Positions 1 through 10,326 of a stretch of DNA of 64,000 nt are shown one piece after another. Origin of the DNA: Roseibium sp. (GTDB lineage: Bacteria; Pseudomonadota; Alphaproteobacteria; Rhizobiales; Stappiaceae); assembly GCF_048260565.1 (NCBI RefSeq), contig NZ_JBLXGP010000001.1:141362-205361 (forward strand), read 5' to 3'. Position 1 is the stretch's first letter; each line of letters starts with the position of its first letter. The notes under the pieces are model-generated. The model did no database searches and was not told where the DNA came from. It saw nothing but the letters and a program-made list of their open reading frames with translations. The translations under genes were made by a program, and so were the position numbers.

Positions 1-3000
1 TGGCCAGTTGCTTGTAGATGAGCTCGTTCGGACGCGTTTCCCGACCGAGCTTGACGGCGCGGAACCGGGTCCGCGCAAAGCGGGCGATAACCTCGCCATT
101 GGCATCGAGATATTCGAATGTCGCCTCGATGGAGCGGGGCGAGGCCTTCGTCACCTTGATGCGGACCGCCGCGGGTTTTGCTTCCGGCTGTAGCAGCCGG
201 AGGCTGCCGATACGGATCGGCAGGAAGCTGGTCTTTTCCGGAACGCCTGGAACCGACTGGAGTAGGGCGAAAAGGCCGTGGAAGCCGGAATCCACCAGCG
301 TCGGGCAAAGGGACAACTCGGTCTGCGCAAGGCAGTCGTCCTGCGGGCGCAGGTAGACGGTCGCGGAGCGTTCGTCATGGGTTATGACATGGTCCGCCCG
401 CCGGAAAACCGGGCCGTACTCCAGGCCAAAGGACCGGGTGATCGTGTAAAGGTCGTCGTGATCCAGCCGGGAGGTTTCCTGTTCGCCTGCCGGCAGCCAG
501 GGCGTAAGGCCGGTCTCCGACGGTGTCACGAAATGACCGCGGGCGTTCAGCGACCAGTCGCTGTCCTGCAGGCGCGGTCTTGAATAGATTTCCACGACCC
601 GGTCGTCAGGCGAAATCCGGACTTCCGTTTCCCAGGTTTCGCCACTGTCGATGACCAGCGGGCGCAGGATATCCAGATCCCGTATCTCGACCGTATCGCT
701 CTTGGTCCAGTTCAGGGCTGCGCGCAGCACCATTTCCGTATAGCCGGCGGCGGGGAAAACGACCGATTCCTCCACCTTGTGGTCCGCCAGCCAGGGAATG
801 GCAACGGCATCCACGTGGTTGAACCATTCCGCCACGTCCTGCCGCAGGCGATAGCCGAGCAGGGGCCAGGTCCGGCCGAACATGAAGTCCACCCGTTCCG
901 ACGTGGGATCGGGCATGTAGGGCGAATTCTGCCAGGGATATCCGGGAAGTGCGGTCAACGCATCCGGCCGCGGGGCGACGAAGCGGGAGAGATCCACCTT
1001 GCCGCCGTGGGCAACGACGGCACTCGCTACCTTGGCGACGGGGTTCTGCACCGGTGTGTTGTTCTTGCCCGGCTGTTCGAGGCTCGCAAGCACCGTCGCC
1101 TTCTTACCGTCGCTGCGAAGGACGTCGTTCATATAGGTGCCTAGCACGGCCTTCGGGCCGATTTCCACCAGCACGCCGAAACCGTCTTCGCTCATCTTCG
1201 AGATCGCGTCGGCGAATTTCACCGGCTGGCGGACGTTACGCCACCAGTAATCGCTGTCCAGCGCCAGGTCCTGCGTCTCCGGCTCGACGGTCGAGTAGAA
1301 GGGCAGGGTCGGTTCTTGCGGCGTAATGCCGGTCAGCGCGGTCAGCAGCGGTTCCCGGATCGGGTCCACCAGAGCGCTGTGGAACGGATAGGCCAGGTTC
1401 AAGCGGCGCAAAGCCCACTTCTTTTTGCGGGCGAATTTCGCGAAAGCATCCAGGCTATCGGTGTCGCCGGAAATGGTAACGCTGCGCGGGCTGTTGATCG
1501 CGGCCAGTTCAAGCCGTGGCAGGCCGCTTTCTTCCATTGCGGCGAGGGCGGCTTCGGCCGGCAGCAGAAGGGCGGCCATGGAACCGAGATCGCGGACCAC
1601 TTCCTGTTCGCTGGACCGGGCGTGAATGACCTTGACCGCCTGTTCGAGGGTCAGAGCTCCGCAACACCACGCGGCGGCGACTTCGCCGACGCTGTGGCCG
1701 CAGGCGCCTTCGGCTTGGATGCCGCGGCTTCTCAACGCCTCGACGAGGGCAACCTGAATCGCAAACAGCAGCGGCTGAGAGATTTCCGCGCGTTCGATGT
1801 CATTTTCCAGGTCTTCGGCGAAAAGGGTGGTCAGAAGCGACCAGCCGCCGATGCCCATGAAAATCTTGTCGACCCGCTCGAAAGCGATCCGGAAGGTCTC
1901 GTCTTTCTGGTAGGCTTCCTGGCCCATGCCGGCCCATTGGGAACCGTTGCCTGAGAAGACAAAGCCGATCTTCTCCTTCGCCTTGAGGGCCTCGCCGGCG
2001 ATCGCCTCGGGCGCATCCTCTTCGGCAAGAAAGGCCTCCAGGGATGCCAACCGGCTTTCCGGTGTGTCGCCGGAAACGACAAGACGCTGCGCGAGGAGTT
2101 CGCGCGCATGGGCGGCGGAAACCGTCACGCGTGCCGCGTCTTCACCATCCGCATCCTTCAGCCGATCGCGATAGCGCGCGGCCAGTTCCTTCAGCGCATC
2201 CTTGGACCGGGCGGAGATAACCAGCGGCGCGGCTGGTGAAACGGTTTCATTCGCAACCGGTTCGGGATCGCCGTCCGCGATCACCGTATGGGCGTTGGTG
2301 CCGCCAAAGCCGAAGGAGTTGATGCCGGCAAGGCGCGGTTTGTCGGAACGGACAAGCGCGATCTGTTCGCTTGCGACCTTGAGGTTCAGCTCTTCGAACG
2401 GGATGTCCGGATTGGGCGTGTTGAAATGCAGCGACTTCGGCAGCGTGTCATGTTTCAGCGCCAGAAGCGACTTGACCAGTCCGACGAGGCCGGACACCGG
2501 TTCCAGGTGTCCGACGTTGGTCTTGACCGAACCGATCGGCAGGACCTCGGAGCGCTTCTGGCCGATGACCTTGCCCAGAGCGTCGGCTTCCGCCGGATCG
2601 CCGACGCGGGTTCCGGTGCCGTGGGCTTCGACGAAGGCGAGCGCGTTCGGGTCGATCCCAAGGCCCTCGTACATTTCGCGAAGCAGGTCCGCCTGGGCAT
2701 AGGGAGACGGCAGCGACAGACCGACTGTGCGACCGTCGGCATTGATGCCGGAAGCCAGAATTTTCGCATGACTTCGCGCGCCGTTGAGCACTTTTGCCCG
2801 CTTCGAGCGCAGTACGATTGCAACGCCGCCTTCGGAACGCACGTAACCGTCGCCGTTGGCGTCGAAGGCCTGACAAAGTCCGGTCGGCGACAGCATGGTC
2901 GCCCGCGAGAAGCCTATGAAGGCGAAGGGGCTCAAAAGCAGGCTGACGCCGCAAACGATGGCCGTGTCGATCTGACCGCTCTCGATCGCGGAAATCGCTT

Positions 3001-3553
3001 CATGCAACGCGACCAGGGAAGAGGAGCAGGCGGTGTCGACCGTGAAACTCGGGCCGCGCAGATCATAGATGTAGGAAATGCGGTTCGAAACGATCGACAG
3101 CGTGTTGCCGGTCATGAACTGCATGTCGGCGGTCGCCGGATCGCCGATGAACCTGTGGTGATAGTCGAGCGAGGAGGCACCGACATAAACGCCGGTCGTG
3201 GTTCCGGCCAGTTCGCTTGGCGGGATGTTGGCGTGTTCGAGCGCTTCCCAGACCAGCTGAAGCAGAAGGCGCTGCTGCGGATCTATCTGCAGCGCTTCGC
3301 GCGGAGAAATCCCGAAAAAGGAAGGATCGAAGCCCCAGACATCGTCCAGCTGGCCGGCCGCCCAGGTGTAGCTCTTGCCGGAGGAGGATTTGTCGGGATG
3401 CCCGAAGCGGGCCAGCGGCCATCTGTCGTTGGAAACCGATGTTACGGCGCATCTTCCATCGCGCAGAAGCGCCCAGAAATCTTCCGAAGAGTTTGCGCCC
3501 GGCAACCGGCTCGCATAACCGACGATATCAATATTTGAATGTAAAGAAGCCAC
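1..3553 (-). CDS. Type I cis-AT polyketide/fatty-acid synthase, RkpA/WcbR-like (KS-AT-DH part; continues off the left edge)
   Basis: Not in the ORF track because it has no stop in the window. Translated by hand from GTG at 3553 (GAAGG RBS): MASLHSNIDIVGYASRLPGA. KS motifs DTACSSS, EAHGTGT, KTNVGHLE; AT motifs GHSVG and YPFHS; DH motif WLADHKVEESVVFP. Confidence 0.9.
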   Translation of the reverse strand, partial: MASLHSNIDIVGYASRLPGANSSEDFWALLRDGRCAVTSVSNDRWPLARFGHPDKSSSGKSYTWAAGQLDDVWGFDPSFFGISPREALQIDPQQRLLLQLVWEALEHANIPPSELAGTTTGVYVGASSLDYHHRFIGDPATADMQFMTGNTLSIVSNRISYIYDLRGPSFTVDTACSSSLVALHEAISAIESGQIDTAIVCGVSLLLSPFAFIGFSRATMLSPTGLCQAFDANGDGYVRSEGGVAIVLRSKRAKVLNGARSHAKILASGINADGRTVGLSLPSPYAQADLLREMYEGLGIDPNALAFVEAHGTGTRVGDPAEADALGKVIGQKRSEVLPIGSVKTNVGHLEPVSGLVGLVKSLLALKHDTLPKSLHFNTPNPDIPFEELNLKVASEQIALVRSDKPRLAGINSFGFGGTNAHTVIADGDPEPVANETVSPAAPLVISARSKDALKELAARYRDRLKDADGEDAARVTVSAAHARELLAQRLVVSGDTPESRLASLEAFLAEEDAPEAIAGEALKAKEKIGFVFSGNGSQWAGMGQEAYQKDETFRIAFERVDKIFMGIGGWSLLTTLFAEDLENDIERAEISQPLLFAIQVALVEALRSRGIQAEGACGHSVGEVAAAWCCGALTLEQAVKVIHARSSEQEVVRDLGSMAALLLPAEAALAAMEESGLPRLELAAINSPRSVTISGDTDSLDAFAKFARKKKWALRRLNLAYPFHSALVDPIREPLLTALTGITPQEPTLPFYSTVEPETQDLALDSDYWWRNVRQPVKFADAISKMSEDGFGVLVEIGPKAVLGTYMNDVLRSDGKKATVLASLEQPGKNNTPVQNPVAKVASAVVAHGGKVDLSRFVAPRPDALTALPGYPWQNSPYMPDPTSERVDFMFGRTWPLLGYRLRQDVAEWFNHVDAVAIPWLADHKVEESVVFPAAGYTEMVLRAALNWTKSDTVEIRDLDILRPLVIDSGETWETEVRISPDDRVVEIYSRPRLQDSDWSLNARGHFVTPSETGLTPWLPAGEQETSRLDHDDLYTITRSFGLEYGPVFRRADHVITHDERSATVYLRPQDDCLAQTELSLCPTLVDSGFHGLFALLQSVPGVPEKTSFLPIRIGSLRLLQPEAKPAAVRIKVTKASPRSIEATFEYLDANGEVIARFARTRFRAVKLGRETRPNELIYKQLA

Positions 3554-3857
3554 TGAGCAACCTTCAGCGTATTTCGCCGTAACGAGCGATCGATGGGGAT
3601 ACGAATAAGGTCAGTGGAACGCGGTGCGCGCTATGCATTTTTATTAACCACCCTCCATGAGTTGCCCTAAGGGCACTCGCCTCTCGATTAATGGCTCACG
3701 GCCAATGCTGCACCGCAGGCATACCGGCGGTGTTTAATAAGCCTAGCGGAGACTTGCAAGAGTTTCCACTGCCGAGAAGGCGCCATTGTGGAGGACGGGG
3801 GCTGCCTGGAACCGTCCGGTGTCCAGGCAACCGCTCCAAAGTATTCTGAAAGGACGT

Positions 3858-5399
3858 CTAAACGTTGCTGTCCGGGAAGGATGCTTTTCGATTGGTCATG
3901 AAATCCTGCAGGGCCTCATCGATGGCCGGATCGAGCTCGGGACCGCCGTAAGCCGCCAGTTGTTCCTTCCAGATTCGGTTGGCCCGCTTGGCAGCATCCA
4001 GTTCGCCGTCCGCCAGCCATTGTTCGTAGGAATTGTTGTCGGCGATCGACGAGCGATAGAATGCGCTTTCGAAATTGCGCTGGGTATGCGCGGCTCCGAG
4101 GAAGTGACCGCCCGGTCCGACTTCCTGAAGCGCGTCCATGGCCATTGCTTCGTCGGAAAGATCGATTCCCCTGGCCAGGACATGCATCATGCCGAGCTGG
4201 TCGGCGTCCAGGATGAATTTTTCATAAGACGAGCACAGTCCGCCTTCGAGCCAGCCGGCCGCATGAAGGGCAAAGTTCACACCGGACTGAACGGTGGCGG
4301 TTATTGTTTGGGCCGATTCCTGGGCGGATTGGGCATCCGGCACCTTGGAGGCCGTGAAGGAGCCTCCGGAACGGAACGGAAGATTGAGCCTGCGGGCAAG
4401 TTTGGACGCGCCGTTCAAAAGCAGCGTGCCTTCCGGGCTGCCGAAGGTCGGCGCACCCGATTGCATGGAAATGGAACTGACGAAAGCGCCGAAGACGACC
4501 GGCGCACCCGGCCGCAGGAGCTGGGTCAGCGCGCATCCGGCCAAAGCCTCGGCCAGGACCTGCGCCAGGGTGCCGGCAACGGTGACCGGGCTCATTGCGC
4601 CGGCAAGGATGAACGGCGAGACGATGCAGGCCTGGTTGGCACGGGCATAGACCTTGAGCGCACCGAGCATGGTGGCGTCGAAGACCAGTGGCGAATTGGC
4701 GTTGATGAGCTGGATCATCACGCAGTTCTGATCGACGAATTCCTCGCCGAACACGATCTGCGCCATCTTCACCGAATCTTCCGCCCGTTCCGGCGCGGTC
4801 ACGGAGCCCATGAACGGTTTGTCGGAATATTTGATATGGGAATAGACCATGTCGAAATGGCGCTTGTTCACCGGCAGGTCCACCGGTTCGCAAACGGTAC
4901 CGCCGGAGTGGTGCATCCACGGCGACATGTAGGCCAGCTTCACGAAATTGCGGAAATCCTCGATCGTGCCGTAGCGCCGGCCATTGTCGAGGTCCGTCAC
5001 GAAGGGCGGGCCGTAAACCGGGGCGAACACAAGGTTGTTGCCGCCGATTTCCACGCTACGGGCCGGATTGCGGGCGTGTTGGGTGAACTGGGCGGGCGCC
5101 GTCTTGACGAGTTCCTGAAGCATGCCCTTCGGAAAACGGACCCGCTCCCCGTCGACCTCGGCGCCGGCTGCCTTCCAGATGTCCAGAACCTCCGGATCCT
5201 CGCGGAACTCCAGGCCGATTTCCGCCAGAATCCGGTCGGTGCTGGCTTCGATCTTCTCAGCGCCTTCATCGCTCAGGACATCGTAGAACGGGATGTTCCG
5301 TGAGATGTAGGGAGCGCCGACACCGCCTGATCCGGATATGCGGCGTTCTCGGCGGGCCGATCTCCCGCGGCGTCCCGCGGATACTGCGGCATCGGACAT
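3858..5399 (-). CDS. Trimethylamine methyltransferase family protein (non-pyrrolysine MttB/MtgB-like, probably glycine betaine:corrinoid methyltransferase)
   Basis: 513 aa with MttB-family motifs (GGTVCEPVD, SDKPFMG, NANSPL, SMQSGAPTFG, HAAGWLEGGL). No in-frame TAG. GGAG RBS. Confidence 0.9.
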   Translation of the reverse strand: MSDAAVSAGRRGRSARRERRISGSGGVGAPYISRNIPFYDVLSDEGAEKIEASTDRILAEIGLEFREDPEVLDIWKAAGAEVDGERVRFPKGMLQELVKTAPAQFTQHARNPARSVEIGGNNLVFAPVYGPPFVTDLDNGRRYGTIEDFRNFVKLAYMSPWMHHSGGTVCEPVDLPVNKRHFDMVYSHIKYSDKPFMGSVTAPERAEDSVKMAQIVFGEEFVDQNCVMIQLINANSPLVFDATMLGALKVYARANQACIVSPFILAGAMSPVTVAGTLAQVLAEALAGCALTQLLRPGAPVVFGAFVSSISMQSGAPTFGSPEGTLLLNGASKLARRLNLPFRSGGSFTASKVPDAQSAQESAQTITATVQSGVNFALHAAGWLEGGLCSSYEKFILDADQLGMMHVLARGIDLSDEAMAMDALQEVGPGGHFLGAAHTQRNFESAFYRSSIADNNSYEQWLADGELDAAKRANRIWKEQLAAYGGPELDPAIDEALQDFMTNRKASFPDSNV

Positions 5400-5527
5400 G
5401 ATTGAGCCTCCATCTGGCTACTCGAATGAGGGACTGCGAGTGTGCGCGAGACTGGTGTAACACCTCTGTCCGTATACGTCTCAGCCTTTCCTAAAAACGT
5501 CACCAGGCCAACGCGCTTTGGGAACGA

Positions 5528-5554
5528 TGGCGTCTTGACGACAGAGCATGTCGG
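5528..5554 (+). promoter_or_regulatory. Candidate GlxA/GbdR-type tandem operator upstream of the DMG-dehydrogenase-like gene
   Basis: TGGCGT at 5528 and TGTCGG at 5549, exactly 21 bp apart; weaker match than the other copies. Confidence 0.3.
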
Positions 5555-5731
5555 CTTGCCGCATCTGGTCTTTGGAAACCCGACCTAGGCTGCCTGCAAA
5601 ACGGGAATGGCCGGCAGGCGATGCCGCCCGGATTTGCGGTGGCCGGAGGGTGAAACCTAGCGCTCCTGTTACTGGGCTTAAAGGCAGTGTGCAGGGCGCT
5701 TCGGTGCCGGTCTGTTGAAGAGGAATGAGAC

Positions 5732-8293
5732 ATGTCAGCATTTCCTGACAAGGCACAAGTCGTCATCGTCGGTCTGGGCGGCATCGTCGGCGCTTCGGTG
5801 GCGCATCACCTTATCGAGCGCGGCTGGACTGATATCGTCGGCATCGACATGTCCGGCATTCCCACCGACATCGGGTCGACGGCGCACGCCTCCGACTTCT
5901 GCTACACCACCAGCCACGATTATCTCTCGGTCTGGACCACCCAGTACTCCATCGATTTCTTCGAGAAGATGGGCCACTACGCCCGGATTGGCGGATTGGA
6001 AGTGGCACGCACCGGCGATGACGCCTGGATGGAAGAGATCAAGCGCAAGGTGACCTCGGGCAAGGCCTTCGGCACGCGCGTTCATCTCGTCACTCCGGCC
6101 GAGATCAAGGAGAAATTCCCGCTGATCGAGGAGGACATGGTCCAGGGCGGCATGTTCGATCCCGACGCCGGCCTCGTGGTCCCGCGCTCGCAGACCGTTG
6201 CCGGCAAGCTGGTCGATGCCGGGGAGGCGAGCGGCAAGCTGAAAGTCTTTGCCAACACGCCCGCCAGGTCGCTCCTTGTCGAGGACGGTCGCATCAAGGG
6301 TGTCGTCACCCATCGCGGCACGATCCTGGCCGACCATGTCATCGTCTGCGCCGGGCTCTGGGGCCGGCTGATCGCGGAGATGGTCGGCGAGGATCTGCCG
6401 GTCATGCCGGTCGACCACCCGCTCACCTTCTTTGGCCCCTACAACGAGTTCGCTGGCACGGGCAAGGAAATCGGCTTCCCGCTCATGCGCGACCAGGGCA
6501 ACTCCGCCTACATGCGCGATACCGGCGACCCGAAGACGACCGAGGGCGGGCAGATCGAGTGGGGCTATTACGAGGCCGACAATCCGCGCATGTGCCACCC
6601 GCGCGATCTTCTGGAAAAGGACGTGGCGCGCCTGTCGCCGTCCCAGCGCGACCTGGAAATGGAGCAGGTGATCGAGCCGCTCGAACGCGCCATGGAGCTG
6701 ACGCCGATCCTGGGCGAGCTCGGTTACAACGAAGGCCATTCCTTCAACGGCCTGCTGCAGGTGTCGGCCGGCGGCGGCCCGTCCTGCGGCGAAAGCCAGA
6801 AGGTGCGCGGCCTCTGGTACTGCGTCGCCATCTGGGTCAAGGACGGCCCGGGCTACGGCAAGCTGATCGCTGACTGGATCACCGACGGCCGCACGGAAAT
6901 CGACCACGCGCCGATCGATTATGCGCGGTTTTATCATCACCAGTTGGAAGAGAAGTTCATCGAGGGCCGCTGCTACGAGGCCGCACAGAAGATCTACTTC
7001 CCGGCGATCCACCCGCGCGAACCCTATGCGACCGGCCGCAACATCAAGCGCTCACCCTTTTATGAGCGCGAAGTCGAACTCGGCGGGTATTTCATGGAAC
7101 TCGGCGGCTGGGAGCGCGCCCACGGCTACGCCGCCAACGAGCATCTGCTGGAAAAATACGGCGACAGGGTTCCGGTGCGCGAAAACGAATGGGATAGCCG
7201 CCATTTCTGGCGCGTCTCCAATGCCGAACACCTGGCTCTGAGCGAGGACTGCGGCATCATCAACCTGTCGCACTTTTATATGTTCGATGTGGAAGGCCCG
7301 GACCATGTGGCGCTGATGGAATGGCTGTGTGCGGCCAAGATCGGCGGCGACAACAACATCGGCAAGGGCATCTACACCCATTTCCTCGACGACGAAGGCA
7401 TGGTGCGCGCCGACCTGACGGTGATCCGCATGGCCGACCGCTGCCGCGTCGTCGACGGCGCCGATGCCGGTCCGCGCGACTATCACTACGTGAAGCGGAT
7501 CGCCGAGGACAAGGGCTTCGACGTCACCGTGACCGATGTGAGCGAAGAGTATACGACCATCGGCATCTGGGGTCCGAACGCCCGGGAAAACCTGAAGAAG
7601 GTCGTGTCTGATCCGGCCGGACTGGATCCGGAGAACTTCCCCTTTGCAGCGATCAGGCAGATCGAGATTGCCGGCAAGACCGTGTCCGCCTTCCGCATCT
7701 CCTATGTCGGGGAGCAGGGCTGGGAACTGCACATGAAGTATGAGGACGGCCTTGCCGTCTGGGATGCGCTGCGGGCCATCGGCGTCATGGCGGTGGGTGT
7801 CGAAACCTATGCCAACTCGCGCCGCATGGAAAAGAGCTTGCGCCTGCAGAACGCCGATCTCCTGACCCAGTACAACCTGATCGAAAGCGATCTGGCGCGT
7901 CCGAAGGTCAAGGAGGCCGACTTCCGCGGCAAGGCAAAGCACGTGGAATACAAGGCGCGCGAACACCAGCCGGCCATGCTGTGCACACTGGTCATGACGG
8001 AAAACACCGATGCCGGCGGCGTGAAGCGCTATCCGGTCGGCGCCATGCCGGTCATGGATCCGGAAACCGGCAAGACGCTGGTCGATGAACTGGGCCGCCT
8101 GTCCTACACCACCTCCGTCGCCTACGGCCCGACCATCGGCAAGAACATCGCGCTAGCCTACCTGCCGCAGGAATACTGCCAGGTCGGCCGCAAGCTGAAC
8201 GTCGAGTATTTCTGCGAAACCTATCCGGTCGAAGTGGTCGCAGTCGGCTATACGCCGCTCTATGATCCTGAAAACCTGAAGCCGCGAAGCTGA
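5732..8293 (+). CDS. FAD/folate-dependent dimethylglycine/sarcosine dehydrogenase-like protein (GcvT family)
   Basis: 853 aa. N-terminal FAD site (VVIVGLGGIVG, GSTAHAS with covalent-FAD His); C-terminal GcvT folate domain (RISYVGEQGWEL, NSRRMEKS). Confidence 0.9.
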   Translation: MSAFPDKAQVVIVGLGGIVGASVAHHLIERGWTDIVGIDMSGIPTDIGSTAHASDFCYTTSHDYLSVWTTQYSIDFFEKMGHYARIGGLEVARTGDDAWMEEIKRKVTSGKAFGTRVHLVTPAEIKEKFPLIEEDMVQGGMFDPDAGLVVPRSQTVAGKLVDAGEASGKLKVFANTPARSLLVEDGRIKGVVTHRGTILADHVIVCAGLWGRLIAEMVGEDLPVMPVDHPLTFFGPYNEFAGTGKEIGFPLMRDQGNSAYMRDTGDPKTTEGGQIEWGYYEADNPRMCHPRDLLEKDVARLSPSQRDLEMEQVIEPLERAMELTPILGELGYNEGHSFNGLLQVSAGGGPSCGESQKVRGLWYCVAIWVKDGPGYGKLIADWITDGRTEIDHAPIDYARFYHHQLEEKFIEGRCYEAAQKIYFPAIHPREPYATGRNIKRSPFYEREVELGGYFMELGGWERAHGYAANEHLLEKYGDRVPVRENEWDSRHFWRVSNAEHLALSEDCGIINLSHFYMFDVEGPDHVALMEWLCAAKIGGDNNIGKGIYTHFLDDEGMVRADLTVIRMADRCRVVDGADAGPRDYHYVKRIAEDKGFDVTVTDVSEEYTTIGIWGPNARENLKKVVSDPAGLDPENFPFAAIRQIEIAGKTVSAFRISYVGEQGWELHMKYEDGLAVWDALRAIGVMAVGVETYANSRRMEKSLRLQNADLLTQYNLIESDLARPKVKEADFRGKAKHVEYKAREHQPAMLCTLVMTENTDAGGVKRYPVGAMPVMDPETGKTLVDELGRLSYTTSVAYGPTIGKNIALAYLPQEYCQVGRKLNVEYFCETYPVEVVAVGYTPLYDPENLKPRS

Positions 8294-8352
8294 TCAGGAA
8301 GGCTCTTTCGGGAAATTCGGAGTGCTTGAATAGCATTCTGATTTTCCACGAA

Positions 8353-8508
8353 CTCCCATCTCCCCCCTAGAGGGGGAGATGTCTCCGGCAGGAGACAGAG
8401 GGGGGTATCAGCCTCTCGGCAAACACGGCGTTTCGGAATATGCGGTACCGGTTCACCCCCCTCTGTCGGCATTCGCCGACATCTCCCACTCAAGGGGGGA
8501 GACGGGAG
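8353..8508. repeat. Inverted REP doublet (two 54-bp palindromic units around a 48-bp spacer)
   Basis: 8353-8406 is the near reverse complement of 8455-8508. Each unit has a CTCCC..GGGGGAG hairpin plus a second hairpin. Confidence 0.85.
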
Positions 8509-8555
8509 CAAGCGGAACCATTTACACAACTGGCAAGTCAGGAAAGACCAGCCAC

Positions 8556-9584
8556 ATGTCCAAACTCGAAAAACTTCTGGCTGAAAAAGGGGCGCTCCTG
8601 GCCGATGGGGCGACGGGCACGACGCTGTTTGACATGGGGCTTGTCTCCGGTGATGCACCGGAACTGTGGAACGTCGATCAGCCGGACAGGATCCGGGCGC
8701 TGCATCGCGGCTTCGTCGAGGCAGGGTCCGATATCATCCTGACCAACACCTTCGGCGCCAACCGGCACCGGCTGAAGCTGCACGGGGCGGAAGGCCGGGT
8801 GAAGGAGCTGAACGCCGCCGCCGTTCGCCTGGCACGCGAAGTGATCGAAGAGGGGGATCGCGACGTCCTGGTCGCGGGCTCCATCGGTCCGACCGGCGAG
8901 TTGTTCCAGCCGCTCGGCGCCCTGAGCCACGAAGACGCGGTCGAAGCCTTCCGCGAACAGATCGAAGGGCTTGTCGAAGGCGGGGCGGATATCCTCTGGG
9001 TCGAAACCATGTCGGCAGCGGAAGAAATGAAGGCGGCGGCCGAAGCAGCCCACGGCAGCGGACTTCCTCTGGTGATTACCGCCAGCTTCGACACCGCGGG
9101 CCGGACCATGATGGGCCTGCCGCCGAAAGGCCTCGGCGCGCTGAAGTCCGAATTCGCCTGCACGCCGGTCGCCATCGGCTCCAATTGCGGGGTCGGGGCG
9201 TCCGATCTCCTGGCCGCGATCCTGGAGATCACCGAAGCCGATCCGGAGGCCATTGTCGTTGCCAAGGGAAACTGCGGCATTCCCCGGATCAGGGGCGATG
9301 AGGTCGTCTATACCGGAACGCCGGAGCTGATGGCCGACTACACCCGCTTGGCGATGGACGCCGGAGCCCGGATCATTGGAGGCTGCTGCGGAACCTCCGC
9401 CGGCCATATCGCTGCCATGCGGCAGGCGATGGACAGTCACTCGAGAGGGGATCGTCCTTCGCTTGAGGAGGTTCTCGGCACGATCGGGCCGCTGGTGTCT
9501 CCACCGAACAAGGATGCCGATGTGGCACGAGCCGATAGAGGAGACGGCAATTCCGGTCGCCGCAGAGGCCGCCGCCGGGACTGA
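8556..9584 (+). CDS. Homocysteine S-methyltransferase (Bmt-like; stand-alone Hcy-binding domain of MetH)
   Basis: ATG at 8556 (the ORF-track extension runs through the REP). Motifs LADGATGT, ILTNTFG, GSNCG, IIGGCCG (Zn-binding Cys). Confidence 0.9.
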   Translation: MSKLEKLLAEKGALLADGATGTTLFDMGLVSGDAPELWNVDQPDRIRALHRGFVEAGSDIILTNTFGANRHRLKLHGAEGRVKELNAAAVRLAREVIEEGDRDVLVAGSIGPTGELFQPLGALSHEDAVEAFREQIEGLVEGGADILWVETMSAAEEMKAAAEAAHGSGLPLVITASFDTAGRTMMGLPPKGLGALKSEFACTPVAIGSNCGVGASDLLAAILEITEADPEAIVVAKGNCGIPRIRGDEVVYTGTPELMADYTRLAMDAGARIIGGCCGTSAGHIAAMRQAMDSHSRGDRPSLEEVLGTIGPLVSPPNKDADVARADRGDGNSGRRRGRRRD

Positions 9585-9843
9585 GAGATGTAAGGCTGGG
9601 ACCCGTAGGGAGTTTTCACTTGTCACACGATGCGGATTTGCGATCCCCGGAAGGATATCATTGATAAAACGGGTTTTTCTGGCTAAGCGGCGTAAAACTC
9701 GCAAATCTGCCGACGGCGACTTCCCCCGGACACCCATGACAGGTCGGGCGAATGATGATTGCTTCCAACGCTGGGCGAGCCACCTTGCCAGCGTGCAATA
9801 TAGCCTCGGTCAAATGAGCCAAAGTTATCGCCCGATGCTCCAG

Positions 9844-10326
9844 TCAACGGACGCGGGTCCAAATCAGCGTTTTTCCCAATGCTGGTAGGAGAATGTAGGC
9901 GCGCACGCGCAACGTGCTGTTGCCCTGTATTGACATCTTAGCCTTGTAGTCCATGCCATCGTCCGGGTTGTAGATGCGACCGCCCGTCCATGTGTTCTTG
10001 CCGGTGTGGCGAAGGTTCCTGAGGACGGTAAGTCCCAAGAGCGGCCGTGAGCGCAGCGCCGGATTTCCGTTCTTAAAGTCGACCAGCGGCAGCCCTTGTG
10101 CATCGTTAGGCCATCTGAACCAGACGATTTTCCCGCACAATCGGTCGCCGCAAGGAAAAATCTGGACCCGGATACGCTTGTTTGCGTGCAGCCAGACGCC
10201 GATCGGCGTCTTGGATTCTGCCGCGATCGAAGTTTCGGCCAGCAGCGAGAATAGCAGAACAACACACAGGCAACCCGACATATATCCGCAGGTCCGTTGC
10301 AGTTTCATCGCCATTGCCCTGATCAT
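9844..10326 (-). CDS. DUF2147 domain exported protein
   Basis: Signal-like N-terminus, PIGVW, CGDRLCGKIVW, W.GG.IYNPDDG..Y, L.VR.Y. Start may be 10314. Confidence 0.8.
   Translation of the reverse strand: MIRAMAMKLQRTCGYMSGCLCVVLLFSLLAETSIAAESKTPIGVWLHANKRIRVQIFPCGDRLCGKIVWFRWPNDAQGLPLVDFKNGNPALRSRPLLGLTVLRNLRHTGKNTWTGGRIYNPDDGMDYKAKMSIQGNSTLRVRAYILLPALGKTLIWTRVR

Noticed and set aside
2288-3538. 416-aa plus-strand ORF and other long ORFs opposite real genes (e.g. 3786-5303, 5735-7012, 14280-16847, 20047-21783, 50135-51805, 59601-61328)
   Set aside because: Antisense shadows of motif-rich genes, expected from GC-rich codon bias; no recognisable motifs.
3858-5399. Possible pyrrolysine recoding in the MttB homolog
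   Set aside because: No in-frame TAG; the ORF is full length.
8379-8555. 59-aa N-terminal extension of Bmt in the ORF track
   Set aside because: Runs through the REP doublet; the domain starts at ATG 8556.
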